64,000 nt of DNA from Mobula hypostoma (taxonomy: Eukaryota). The position numbers and the translations under genes were made by a program. This document shows positions 26,075-38,859 of the stretch, one piece after another; the first letter of the stretch is position 1; each line of letters starts with the position of its first letter. The DNA lies in the NCBI RefSeq assembly GCF_963921235.1, contig NC_086108.1:35218001-35282000 (forward strand). Reading direction: 5' to 3'. The notes under the pieces are model-generated. The model ran no database searches. It was not told the DNA's origin and saw nothing but the letters and a program-made list of their open reading frames with translations.

Positions 26075-26608
26075 GATCTTTGATGTCGCTTTGATGCACA
26101 GATCTATATATTGGCGAGACAAAACAACGACTTCACAAACGGATGGCCCAACATAGGAGGGCTAACACTTCAGGTCAAGACTTGGCTGTATATCTACACC
26201 TAAAGAACAAGGAACCTTCCTTTGATGTGCACATTTTGGACAGGGAGGACAGGTGGTTTGAAAGAGGGGTCTAAAAAACCATCTTTGTCAAACTGGAAAC
26301 CCCATCCCTGAACAGAGGGGGTGGGGTATGACATCACCTATCAGCTACTTACAAAGCAGTCTGAACATCTCTATCCCCATTCATACAAAGATAAGAGTAA
26401 AGACGCTCTCATTACCTCATAAGATTCCTATACCTTTCAACAACTCACAGAGTTCACAAGCTGGAAAACCACCCACCATGGATCAGAACTGAAGAAGCCT
26501 CTCTGATGAGTGGTGAAACATCTTCTGGACAACACAGCAAGTACTGTTTCCTTGATTTACTAATGCTTGATATACAATGACCTGGTTGACTGAGAGCCTT
26601 CATAGACA
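26075..26608 (+). mobile_element. 5'-truncated Penelope element of a second family (GIY-YIG remnant, hammerhead, tail)
   Basis: Manual translation from 26095: CTDLYIGETKQRLHKRMAQHRRANTSGQDLAVYLHLKNKEPSFDVHILDREDRWFERGV*KTIFVKLETPSLNRGGGV*HHLSATYKAV*; TSD AATAGTCATTGTG (26062-26074) / AACAGTCATTGTG (26609-26621). Confidence 0.88.
26484..26527 (+). ncRNA. Hammerhead ribozyme motif of the second Penelope family
   Basis: CAGAA-CTGAAGA-AGCCTCTCTGATGAGTGGT-GAAA-CATC-TTCTG: core, helix II with one mismatch, 5-bp helix I. Confidence 0.7.
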
Positions 26609-26821
26609 AACAGTCATTGTGATATTAATAATTAAGAAATTCCTCCACTTATCATTTGCATTTGTGTGATAACCCTACTCAATGATTTTCATGAAAAATC
26701 ATACGCCTCCAAGTTTGCAGAACTTTCCGACTTGTGGTGACACACATTGAAAGTTTAGATAGCCAGTAAAACCCTCAGGTTTAAGAAGTCTTCAGTCACT
26801 ATTTGTGTAGTCATAAAACCA

Positions 26822-27070
26822 AAGACACAAGAGATCCTTCAGATGACGGAAATCTGGGGCGACACTCACAAAATGGTGGGGGAGCTCAGCAACTCAGGCA
26901 ACATCTATGCCTATCAAAGAAGCTGTCTAACAGGCTGAGTTCCTCCTTTATTTTATGTGTGTTGCCGAAAGGATAATGATAATGACTGTCTAACTTGCTG
27001 AATTAGACAGTCATAATGACAGATGTTGTCTAACTTGCTGATTTCCTCCATTATATTTTGGGTGTTGCAT
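26822..27070. mobile_element. Rearranged PLE tail fold-back
   Basis: Inverted and direct copies of the GCTGAGTTCCTCC..TGTGTGTTGC tail; internal hairpin ATGACTGTCTAA..TTAGACAGTCAT. Confidence 0.6.
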
Positions 27071-28874
27071 TCAGGATAATGAAAGCTTCTCTATTTTGTT
27101 TTGCTTCAAGTGAGCATATTGGGAAGGCAGTAGACCAACTGCACTGATAGCAATTAGAGTTGGGTCGAAAAGGTTCTGTAAATGCTGCAGGATAAATGCT
27201 GTGCGGCTGTCTGAGCAGTAATATAGACCATCATTCAGCTATTTGTTTTCCTTCTGAGCAGGCTGGGCCTAAGAAGGATAAAGTGCCTAGGGCTGCATCA
27301 AGGAGATTTATTCCAGTCCAGACAGTCTGCTAAAGGACTGTCTGTAAGTGCAAATTACCTTTGGACAGTAATGATACTTCAACCATGAAGTAGCTTTGAA
27401 TTGTTAAATCTTCTTTATTTGGGAGGCGGATGGATTGGAAGTAAATGGAGCAGAATTTACAGCCCACTTCCCATCTCCCCGGTTTGTAGTCGTTATTCAC
27501 AATCCTTCTAAGACAGTACACACTTGGACCCAGAGCAGGGTGACCGTGACCCAGCTACCCGGACCTCAGAATCCCCTGGCTCCACAGAGTAACCAGTGTG
27601 GCGACAGAGGCTCCCACGGAACAGAGGAAGCCCTGCTCCGTAATGCTGCTGATGGCTTTCACAGCTGGCAAAGCCTTGCCACTAGCTTTGCCGACTGTGA
27701 GAGACTGGAGGGACTTCCAATGATTTTTAATTGCTTTGGCCAATTAAGACTGAAGTAAATTAAAGGCAATGCAAGGATATGAATCATGTGCAGTTTAAAT
27801 TGGTATGGTCAGCACAGGCATCGTGGGCCAAATGGTCTGTTCCTCAGAAGTACATTTATTCTATCAATGGTTAAATTTGTACATTTTCATTTCTTGAAAC
27901 ATATAAATAAAGCTTGTAAAAACAGTCCTCAAACCAAAAACAGTAAACTGAAGTTAGCTAATTTGCCTCCTTAAATAAGGCCATACAGTTGCTTGGCACC
28001 AGATTAGGGAGGCAGTTTCCCAAAAGGAGTGCAGGACTGGACCCCATAACCGGTGTCCACCTGGCATCCAGCAGCAGAACAAGACCCTTACTGAGTCTGT
28101 AGCAAGGCTGAGACGTCCAAGCTCGACAGGGTTGTGGGCCTGGGGTCACAAGCCCAGCTTTACTGGTTCTAATTAAAAAATAAGCTCCTAGAAGAACCAA
28201 GTGGTTAAAAGAATATCGGTGGAGGCAAAGGGATGGTCAACATCTCAGATTGAGACTCTGCATCAGGACTCTTGATGTGTCTCCAGATTCACTGCTGTTT
28301 GAAAGGATGAATATTTTTACATATTTCCACCTTCGGGGTATCAGTCTTGACCCAAGGCATACTCCCCCATGAGTGATATTAAACCAAGCTACCAGATGAT
28401 CCAGTAGATCCAATGATATCTTGAGTCAGAGAGAAAAGCTGTGTGAAGCCAGGCCATTCAGCCCAACTCACCCATGATGCCCCTCTACACTTGTCCCATT
28501 TATCTGTGTTTGGCTCATAGCCCTCTAAAGCTCTGTATCATTTAAAAAAGAACAGGAGTTCCTCCCGTGAGTTAGCCTACATTTGCACAATAAATAAACC
28601 AACAGAATAAACTGGCCATCTTACTTCATTGCAGTTCTGGGAATTTGCTCTCTGCAAGTTAACTTCACAGTCTCCACTTCTCCACAGAAACTGTGTGTCG
28701 AAAGGACTTAATAAAAACACACTTCAGGGCTTGTTAACATCTCACATTCTAGGAACTATGTATTTTATAGACACCACATATGTGGAAAAGCACAGTTACA
28801 AATAGCTGTGTGTAACATGCCTGGTTAAAATTGAGCGAAGGGGACGCTTGCTGCTAGGGTCATTCAGTCAAGGA

Positions 28875-29165
28875 GCCAGACAGCACAGAAACACAACCTT
28901 TGGCCCACCACTGACTGTCTAGCATCGATTTACACTAATCCAGTTTTACATTCCCATCATCGCAGACCTCTCCACCTCTCTACCGCTTACCTGCAATGCA
29001 GCGGCAACTTAGTGGCAAATTAACCAACCAACCTGCGCACCCAAGGGCATCAGCGGGAAACCTACATGATTCCAGGGAGAACCTGCAGACTCCGCACGGC
29101 CAGCACTGGAAGTCAGGATTGAACTGGGGCTGATGGACTGGCTCGACCGACTGTGCCACCGTGTC
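28875..29165 (-). mobile_element. Degenerate V-SINE (similar remnants at ~31110-31375, ~46890-46990, ~47040-47290)
   Basis: Reverse-complement similarity to the V-domain/tRNA head of 49092-49398, with a CR1-like tail. Confidence 0.55.
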
Positions 29166-31439
29166 ACCTGCACTTCAGTGGTCATGGACGTGGTCAATTC
29201 TGGGCACTGCGTACTAAGCCCTGGCACACAGTGAGCTACGTTTGCTCTTGGCTCACCAGTGAGGACATTTTATATGAATTGTCCGGCTGTTTACTGACAA
29301 GTGCTGCCTTTCTAGAGGCTTATGTTTGGTGATCTGATGCTGTGTTTCTCACTGTAGAGTGAATTCTTGCTGTTACAGAAGCCCAGTAGGAAGCTTAAAT
29401 AACTCTGGGGTATTTTTTTTTGCCATTCAGTGCTGGCATAATCCTTGCACCTTCTGAAACTTGGTGAAGCAGCTTGTATTCCAGCAGCCATTAGTTACAT
29501 TGCTATTTGGTTTTAAAGATTTGATAGAAAACCATACAAGGCTTGAACAATTTTTTTCTCTCTCTCAGGAATTGTGTAAAAAAATGTAAGCATTCAGTTA
29601 TTAACCGAATATTTGGATTTTTAAAGCTATTTTTATGCTCGGCATACCCAGAAAAGTCCATTTAATTTGCTAAATGTTAATATTTATCCAGTACGGCCTG
29701 CACATAAATCGACAGGCTAGGAGAAGAGTAAAATCAGCATTCCAGCATTCATCCATGTTAGATGTAAAAAAACAAATAAAAATTGCACTCGGAGATCAAG
29801 GTGAAGCAGGAGCAATCAAAAATTACAATGTTTTGTTGCCTTATTTGTACTGTTTAAAAAATATTTTTGATGTAAACCTAGTATTTCAGTTCAAGCTTAC
29901 ACACCACAAGACAATTAACAATGCAGACGCCTTACCTTTCTGGCACTTGTAAACAACGTAAATGAGGCTCTGAAATGGCTTTTCTTGCAGTTGGTAGCCT
30001 GCAATGGAGCAGGAATGCTTTGAATGAAGCTTTCAGGCACCTCTTGGTACATCAGCTTGTGTGGAGCCAGATTTGTCGCTCTGTCTCTGCTGAAGTCTCA
30101 CTGGGGGAAATGGTCTGAATACCAGTCCTGCATCCTAACAAGCTAGAGCTATTGTTGGCTTCTGGTAATCTCTGAGGGCACAGCCTATACCAAGCTCCTT
30201 CTGTATCCTTACTCGAGACAGTAATGCTTTCAGAGCCTGAATGTACATACAAAATTTATCTGGTGTGGGAGGAGGGGGAGAGGAAGGAAGAAGGGAGGAA
30301 GAAGGGAGGATTTTTTTTGCATATACTAAGGTAGTTTGACATGCAGCTGAGAGATAAAGGAAACCAGAATTGAAATGGTTATGCAAAAAGCATTTCTTTT
30401 AAGCTTTTGGAATTTGTAGATAAAAGCCCTGACTCCTGCTGAGAAATGCAGTGAAAGGTTCTTTTGTTGGAAGTATGCACATTCTTTACATGCTGGCAGG
30501 CAGTTGCAGCTTTCTGAGGAATTGTCTTGTATAGAAATAGACACTTTTGCATAATTGCCCAGAATGTGTTATAAATCTATGAAATGTATAGTAAACGAAC
30601 ACTAAATAAAAACGAAGGGGATTTTCATTCTTATTTCTGCTGTTATTATTAGACGTTTGCACTATTATTTCCTGAACAAAGAATTATTTCAGGGAGTTGA
30701 ACGTTCTGCTTTAATACAAAAATAACATTTATGTTTTCTAAGAAATATATAGTCAAATCCCAGTATTACAGTATATACGAAATACCTTGGAGACTGGAAG
30801 TCTGAGAATTTAAAACCGGGAATGCTGTCAAAGTTCAGCAGACCAGGCAGAGGGACATAAACAGTAGCAGAACGACAAGAAAATCAGAGACAAATGTGCT
30901 TGATGAAATATGGCGACAGGGTAAAGGGGAGGGGAGTAAGAACAATGAAGAAGTCCTGTCAGCCCTTGGGAGGTAAAGGGCAGGTGATTAAGGTTTCTTG
31001 AAAGATACGACAAGACCAGCAGACCAGGGAATTTCCATGGCTGTGACTTACGTGGAGCTCTGAATAAGAGACTGTTAAATCTCATTCAAATTTTATATCG
31101 CAGTCACGCAGCAACAGAACGCCGAATCTGTGTTATCTATCAAACACCCTCCGACATTATCCTGTGCTTTCAACCTCCCATTAACCTCCTTAAATTCTGC
31201 CACTGACCAGTACAATTAATTAACCTATTAACCCAGGCATCTTTGAGATTTAGAAAGAAACCGGAGTACCCAGAGGACACCCATACCGTCACAGGAAAAA
31301 CATACAAGCTCCATTCAGAAGATCACGATTGGTCATGGGTCATCTGGAGAGTTGAGGCAGCAGAACAGTGCTACCTTCAATTGTGGAACTGAAAGCAAAC
31401 TTTTGCTAAGAAACTGGCGGGGCAACAGAAGACAGTAGG

Positions 31440-32135
31440 TTAGCAGACAGGTAGTCTAACTGGATGGGTTTAGTGGTACTCCACACTTATATCTTGAGGC
31501 TGTTGTGATTTATATTATTTATAAGTGACTTGGACAAGGGATAGAAAGACACATATACAAGTTTGCTGATGGCACAAGGATGAGATATCATGAAGTGTAT
31601 GATGGAATTACTGGGCTACAAAGATGGTAGAAATGAGAAAAACTTTGGGAAATATACAAACGTACTTTACTGTATCTAGTCAGGACATTGGTTAGAAATA
31701 ATGGTGTCCAAAGTATCTTGGAATCCATGAATAAAGCTAATTAAAATATCAGAGTTGGTGTAGAAAATGACCCAAAATGGTGACAAATCACCAGCCTTTG
31801 TGCCTCAAGGCCAGAATGTATCAGGGATTTATATCACAAACACCCCAAATTCTTGTTTGACCACGCTAGTAAGCAGTCGATGATCCACAATGCAGTGAGA
31901 TAAGCACGCGTGCTTAAGGGACACCAGTGTTTGTTGTTGGCAAGGAGAAGATGTTACTTCCAATTCGCACACACTGTGGTCCCCTGGTGAGAAAGTCAAG
32001 GATCCTTTTGCAGAGGGAGGCATAGAGGCCCAGGTTTTGGAGCTTGTTGATTAGAAGGTATGGGTATGAGGGTATGATTGTGTTGAACGCTAAACCATAG
32101 TCAATAAACAGCAGTCTGATGTAGGTATTGTAATC
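31440..32135. mobile_element. Very old CR1 (+, ~31440-31830) and Rex1-like (-, ~31830-32135) remnants
   Basis: AAGTTTGCTGATGGCACAA (KFAD) remnant; minus-strand LLFIDY..AFNT remnant. Confidence 0.5.
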
Positions 32136-32199
32136 TCAGGATCAAAGGAAGAAATGCAACCAAGCAAAAAATGCAACCAAAGGCAACATCCTTCAGACA

Positions 32200-33255
32200 G
32201 TTGGCAAAACTACTTCTTTCACTTCTCGTACATCTTTTTCTTCCAAATGTGGTTCTACTATGGTTGGAGCCTGTGGCCTATGTTTTGGTGGTGTGTTGTC
32301 GGGCCTATTGAGTGATCTGGCGTTTTACTGTCTCCAGAGGAGTTTGATTAGGTTTCGGGTGAAGGGTGCCAAAGAGTCTAGAAATGGGGCACAAACCCAT
32401 GATCGACTCCATTTCTTGCTGATCTTGCTGATCAAAATGCCGAGGAAGAGTGAAACCATCGAAGCAAGTGGGTGTTTAGCACCATCTAGCAGCCTCTCAC
32501 TCGTTGTTGCCAGAAGAAGGTGTCTGCATGTGACGGTCTCTCTCTCTCTCATTTGCTATTCCCAAAGGAAGGTCTCTGTATTTGTATGGTCTCTCTCTCT
32601 CTCGCTCGAGGCTCTCGGAGGATAATGCTGGACTTTTGGGTCTCAGGCAAGGTTTAATCAATGCAATTTGTGGATTGGACTTTGTAGTTCACGTAATGAT
32701 GTGCCTCTGCATTCTGATCTCTCCTTTCTCTGTAACACACACAAAATGCTGGAGGAACTCAGTAGGCTAATCAGCAGCTATGGAAAAGAGTACAATCAAC
32801 GTTTCAGGACGAGACACTTTGGCAATCCTGCGGAAGGGTTTTGGCCCGAAACATCGACTGTACCTTTTTCTATAGATGCTGCCTGCCCTGCTGAGTTCCT
32901 CCAGCATTTTGTGTGTGTGTTGCTCGGATTTCCAGCACCCGCAGATTTTCTCTTGCTTCTCCTTTCTCTGTTGTTATTTCGGACGACTTTAAATCAGGCG
33001 GCGGTCTGCAGATTACAAACTCTGAGCTGAACTGAGCTGCCTGGATTCTTTCAATTTTGTGTTTTAGATTTTGTGTTTTTTGCTCATTTGTTGCTATTTG
33101 TTTATTTTTTACACGGGGTGGGGGCGTTGATGTTTTTGTTTGAATGGGTTCCATGGTTTTCTTTGTTTTGTGGCTGTCTGTGGGTAGACGAATCTTAGGG
33201 TCGTATACTGCATACATATTTGATAATAAATGTACTTTGAATTTTTGAATCTTAG
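32200..33255 (+). mobile_element. Non-coding LINE-dependent element with TTTGAA-type tail
   Basis: Ends GATAATAAATGTACTTTGAATTTTTGAA; no coding remnant recognised; interrupted by a PLE fold-back. Confidence 0.5.
32734..32957. mobile_element. Miniature PLE fold-back with 14-bp TSD
   Basis: TCTCCTTTCTCTGT at 32720-32733 and 32958-32971; two inverted PLE ends joined near their hammerhead motifs; tail extension on the right arm only. Confidence 0.82.
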
Positions 33256-33723
33256 AGTTTTATAATTTTGATTTACAAAAATTGCAACATGGGGATTTTA
33301 GTCACGCATCAACCGTGATCTCATTAAATAGCAAAATAGTCTTGCTGAGCTAAATAACCTTTCCTGTTCACGTTTTTTTATATATTCTCATGTGTTGACT
33401 CCTCCTTTCCCTTCCCTTCCGTGCCCTGCACTTGCAGTGAAGTTACTGCCTACAGTACCATTTACGGACTTGACCAAAGGTCATGAGCCCAAAGTATTAA
33501 CTGCACTGCTGGTGCCCAAACACCTGAGAACATCCTGCATTTTCAGTCTTACTCTCATTATTATGATCTCACTTGAGGAACATCTCTGCAGGTGCTTTTT
33601 TCACCTATGTTTGAATTAACCATTGGCTTATTTAGGAAGCTCAAGGACTAACAGAGTTGTTGTAGGAGTAGGGATAATTATGGAGGTCAAAGCCCTTCAT
33701 CTGCTTTACTAGTCAGTCTAGAT

Positions 33724-33804
33724 CACAGATTCCCAATCTTTTTCATGCCATGGACCCCTACCATTAACCGAGTGGGTCCACGGACCCCAGTTTGGAAACC
33801 CCTG
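33724..33804. mobile_element. 81-bp hAT (Charlie/MER5-like) MITE
   Basis: 8-bp TSD GTCTAGAT (33716-33723, 33805-33812); imperfect TIRs CACAGATTCCCAA / TTGGAAACCCCTG. Confidence 0.82.
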
Positions 33805-34244
33805 GTCTAGATGAAAGTTCTTGTCCATTTCCCTTCATTGATGCTGCCTGACCTGTTGAGTTCCTTCATTGCTCTCACTTATGTGGTGTTTTCCACAGCT
33901 TTGAGACACATTGAAATGAAATTCCGATAATCTGGATCAGTAGAGAATTCAATAGTACTAGATAGCAGATTTTCAGGATTATTAGATGCAAATTTTATTT
34001 TATTGACACAGGTTTTTTTATTCCACATTTTCACAATAATGTAATAACTCTTCTGGGAAATGTAGTACATTTAAAGGGAGCATGAGAAACTGGGCCCTGG
34101 TGAGTTGAAAGGGGGTTGAAGTAGATTTCTGAATATCAGACTACCTGAGTTCCTAAAACAAAGCCTCTGCCCTAATGTCAGAAACCCAGCAGCTAAATTG
34201 CAAGCCTGACAAAAAGCAAAAATAAAATAATGATCAGAAAAATA

Positions 34245-34340
34245 CCTCCGATGTAAGGGCCGAAAAATAAGTCAGGAGACTCTAAGAACACTGTTGACTC
34301 ATCTATTAAAATCATGGGATCTTTTACATCCCCCTAGCAT
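34245..34340 (-). mobile_element. Possible DeuSINE (SacSINE/AmnSINE-like) remnant; another possible piece at ~28540-28760 (+)
   Basis: Minus strand GGATGTAAAAGATCCCATG resembles the Deu domain as I recall it. Confidence 0.4.
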
Positions 34341-34699
34341 AAGGTTGCCAGCAGCTGTATCTGGTGCAGGTTTTCCTATTGTTAAGAGTGGCTCCATTTC
34401 CAATTTGCCTTTGATGTGAACTGCCTACTGGGCAGGCAGGAGAGAAGCTTTGGAAGGATGGGCTTGCAAATGACATAGAAGAGGTGGTGGGGATACTGGG
34501 CCAACACAGAGAATAGAAATTATTGAGACAGGCAGAATCATGAAAGATGAGGAAGGGACTAATCGCGCTGGGATTCTGGTCTAGTTTTGATTTAGGAAGA
34601 TGAATGTTGCTGTTGAGATAACTTAGTCTAAGTTCCCCTAAAAGGAGCCTTGTCTGGAGAACCTGTGCACTGTGAGACAGTGACCCTGTCAGGGACAGT

Positions 34700-34910
34700 A
34701 GGCTGATTCATACAACTGCTTCCACAACACACGTCAGTGATAGTGAATCTGCTTCTGATTCTGAACTAACATTAGCATGCTCTTCCAGACCATCGCCCCC
34801 AGCACTTGAGGTCGGTCGTCTTCGATAGATTGACCATGTTACTCACATACCTGGCACCAGACTCCCAAAAGCAGGAATCCTATTTCTAGTTCTGCCATGG
34901 TTACAGAATA
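34700..34910 (+). mobile_element. Rex1 3' tail joined to an RTE fragment (copy 1 of 3)
   Basis: CTGATTCTGA-ACTAACATTAGC.. translating TNISMLFQTIAPS..IPGTRLPK; homologous to 38425-38680 and 44865-45370 on the other strand. Confidence 0.65.
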
Positions 34911-35999
34911 CCTGATAGTAAAGGGAAGCACATCCAAGGATGCTCCAAGGTCCCTTTGAAAACTGTTACACAATTTTCCAGTCTTCATTATGTAATCAAT
35001 TGTCTGGGCTCACTTGCTTTTATCAAAGACTGGATAATTCATGGGCCCTGACAAAGATTCCAAGACTAATGATAAATGCCATTTGATTTGATCTCCAGGT
35101 TCATGACCTTGTAATCCATTGCAGAAAGAAAACCAGACCAGAAGTTCAAAGTGAGCATGTTTTCCCACAGCTGTTGCTGAGAAAAAAAAGGTAGGCCGAA
35201 CTACAACAGGATGCAAAGGTCAAAACCAGTTAATATAATGAATGTTCCATGTTTAACTGATTCCCATTAAACAATAATAATTCAATAATAAGGACAAATA
35301 TGATCATTACAACTCTGCTGAATTCATTAGCGAGGATTCCACTCTGCTTTATTCATTAGAGAGTGTTCTGCTCTGAGTAAAACTCCAGGTCTGAAAAAAA
35401 CAAACTGACATTATGCACTCGATGTCTCAGATAAGACCAGTCTCAATGTTCAACAGCTGAGCTAGTGAATTGAAACAAAAACATTTGATATGCCCAAAAA
35501 TAACTGCTAGCATGCCTGTACTTTCTCACTCAAATTGCCTTTAAGCTGCAGTTTTTATGTTTTATGATCTTACTGCTTAAGTTAGTTATTGGACAATTAC
35601 AAATGAATTATAAGCAGGAGAGCTTGGTCTGGATATAGTCATGGAATGCCTCACGTTATTTAAATAGTTTCAGATATCTCTCTGAGCTCATCCCTCCACA
35701 TTGAGGGTAGTTAGTTTATTTTGCAATTCTGTGTGGTCGGAACTGTTTGGTGGGCTCATTGTGGAGCAGTAGATTTCTGACACAGTGAGCAGATGAATAG
35801 TTTGTAAGGTGGACTTCTCCTGTTGCCAACTGCACTGGACTTCCCTATGCTTTCAATGAAAGACTCAAGGTTGTCAATGTCAATCTGAAAGTGCTTGCCC
35901 AGTTTGTGAAGTCGTGAGCCATGGTTCCCACAAGTCAGTGAAGATGTAACAGTTTTCAAAGGGACTTTCAAGAATCCTTGAATGTGCTTTCCTTTTACA

Positions 36000-38425
36000 T
36001 CAGATGAATTATGAAAAGAAGCTGGCGACTAATATCAAAGAAGATATTAAAGGCTTTTTTTTAGTATATAAAGGGTAAAAGAGAGTTGAGTGAAGATATA
36101 GGACCAATAGAAAATGACGCTGCAGAAATTGTAATGAAAGTCGCAGAGATGGCAGAGGAACTGAGTGCGTATTTTGCATCAGTCTTCACAGTTGAAGGCA
36201 ACTGCAGTATACAGGACACTCAAGGGTGTCAGGGAAGTGAAGTATGTGCAGTGAAAATTACGACTGAGAAGGTGCTCAGGAAGTTTAATGGTCTGTGGGT
36301 GGATAAATCTCCTGGACCTGATGGAATGCACCCTCGGGTTCTGAAGGAAGTAGCTGGAGAGATTGTGGAGGCATTAACAATCATCTTTCAAGAATCGGTA
36401 GATTCCAGTATTGTACCGGATGATTGAAAAATTGCAAACGTTACTCTACTATTTAAGAAGGGTGGGAGGCAGCAGAAAGGAAACTATTGACCTGTTAGCC
36501 TGACTTCAGTGGTTGGGAAGTTGCTGGAATCGATTGTTAGGAATGAGATTATGGAGTACCTGGAGGCTAGGTTTGCCAACTTTATCACTGGCAAATAAGG
36601 GACAAAAGTAGCAGTCAAATACGGGACACTTGTGTTCACCCTGAGAAAGGCTACCATGACCATGAAGCCTTGCGCGGGCACCTGTGTGCGCATGTGTGAC
36701 GTGCACATACATGATGTGCGCATGTGTGTACGTGCCGATTTTTTTTCTACAAATCGGTTTTGGCGATTCTGTTCAGTGAAACTACACTGTACATTATTTC
36801 TACTTTATATAGGCTGTGTATTTACCATATCATTCCTGCTTTTACTATATGTTAGTGTTATTTTAGGTTTTATGTGTTATTTGGTATGATTTGATAGGTT
36901 ATTTTTTGGGTCTGGGAACGCTCAGAAATTTTTCCCATATAAATTAATGGTAATTGCTTCTTTGCTTTATGCCATTTCGGCATGAAAGGTTTCATAGGAA
37001 TGCTCTACCTTAGCGAGGGAAATATGGGACAAGGGCAGTCTCGTATGGGACAAACCAATTTAGCCCAATATATGGGATGTCCCGGCTAATGTGGGACAGT
37101 TGGCAACCCTACTGGAGGCACATGACAAGATAGGCTGAAGCCAGCATGGTTTCCTGAAAGGAAAATCCTGCCTGACAAACGTACTGCAATTTTTTTGAGG
37201 AAATTACAAGCAGGGTAGACAAAAGAGATACAGTAGATGTGGTGTACCTGGATTTTCAGAAGGTCTTTGAAAGGTGCTGCACAGGAGGCTGCTTGGCAAG
37301 ATAAGATCCCATGGAATTACAGGGGAGTTACTAGCGTGGGTGGAGCATTGGCTGATTGGCAGAAAACAGAGAGTGGGAATAAAGGGATCCTATTCTGGCT
37401 GAGTTCCATAGGGGTCGGTGTTGGGACCACTGCTTTTTACGATGTATGTCAATGATTTGGACTATGAGAGTAATGGATTTGTGGCTAAATTTGCCGATGA
37501 TACAAAGATAGTTGGAGGAGTGGGTAGTGTTGAGGAAACAGAGAGCCTGCAGAGAGACTTAGACAGTTTAGGGGAATGGGCAAAGAAGTGGCAAATGAAA
37601 TACAATGTTGAAAAGTGTATGGTCACGCACTTTGGTGGAAGAAATAAATGGGCAGGCTGTTATTTAGATGGGGAGAGTATTCAGAATACAGAGTTGCAAA
37701 GGGACTTGGGAGTCCTTGTGCAAGATACCCAAAAGGATAACCTCCAGGTTGAGTCGGTGGGGAAGAAGGCAAATGCAATGCTGGCATTCATTTCTAGAGG
37801 TATAGAATATAAGAGTAGGGATGTGATGTTGAGGCTCTATAAGGCACTCATGAAATCACATATGGAATATTGTGTGCAGTTTTGAGCTCCTTATTTTAGA
37901 AAGGATATACTGAAACTGGAGAGAGTTCAGGTAAGATTCACAAGAATGATTCCAGGAATGAAAGGGTTACCGTATATGGAACATCTGGCAGCTCTTGGGT
38001 TGTATTCCCTGGAGTTCAGAAGAATGAGGGGAGATCTTATAGAAATGTTCTGAATGTTAAAAGGCCTGAACAGAATAGATATGGCAATGTTATTTCCCAT
38101 GGTAGAGGAGTCCAGAACAAGAGGGCACGACTTCAGGATTGAAGGACATCCATTTAGCACAGAGATGCAGAGAAATTACTTTAGTCAGAGGGTGGTAAAT
38201 CTGTGGAATTTGTTGCCCTGAGTGGCTGTGGAGGCCAAGTCATTGGGTGTATTTTAAGGCAGAGATAGATAGGATATTGATTAACCAGGGCATCAAAGGG
38301 TATGGGGAGAAGGCAGGGGAGTGGGGGTGACCAGAAGAATTGGATCAGCCCACGATTGAATGGAGGAGCAGACTTGATGGGCCGAATGGCCTATTTATGC
38401 TCGTATATCTTATGATCTCATGATC
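36000..38425 (+). mobile_element. 5'-truncated CR1 ORF2 plus 3'UTR, interrupted by a hAT element
   Basis: ORFs 36086-36427 (DKSPGPDGMHPRVLKE) and 37418-37885 (LGPLLF, KFADDTK); TATGATCT tail. Confidence 0.92.
36568..37111. mobile_element. 544-bp non-autonomous hAT element (Blackjack-like termini)
   Basis: 8-bp TSD CTGGAGGC (36560-36567, 37112-37119); TIRs TAGGTTTGCCAACT / AGTTGGCAACCCTA; CR1 sequence resumes after it. Confidence 0.9.
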
Positions 38426-38680
38426 TGGCAATCAGTTATCCTGGCAGAGCTTGGAATAGGATGGCTGGTTTGGGAGTTTGATGTCAGATGTGTGAGCACT
38501 GTGGTCACCCCATCGAAATTGGCTGAGTGTTATTAGGGCCTCATTGTTGGGGGTGATGGCTTGGGAGAGGATTATAATATTAGTTCAAATCAGGATCACT
38601 GTTTTTTAAAATCACTGACATATATCATGAAATTCGTTGTTTTGTGGTGACAGTACAGTCCAAGACATAAAAATTACTGT
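38425..38680 (-). mobile_element. Rex1 tail/RTE junction fragment (copy 2 of 3)
   Basis: Aligns to 44865-45370 but lacks the PLE insert found there. Confidence 0.65.
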
Positions 38681-38859
38681 TAAATTACAACAAAACCACC
38701 AGAAACAGGAGCAAAATTAGGCCATTCAGCCCATCAAGTCTGCTCCACCATTCCATCATAACTGGTTTATTATCCCTCTCAACTCTATTCTCCTGCCTTC
38801 TCCCTGTAACTTTGCCCTCGTATTTAATCAAGAACCTATCAATCACAGCTTTAAATTCT

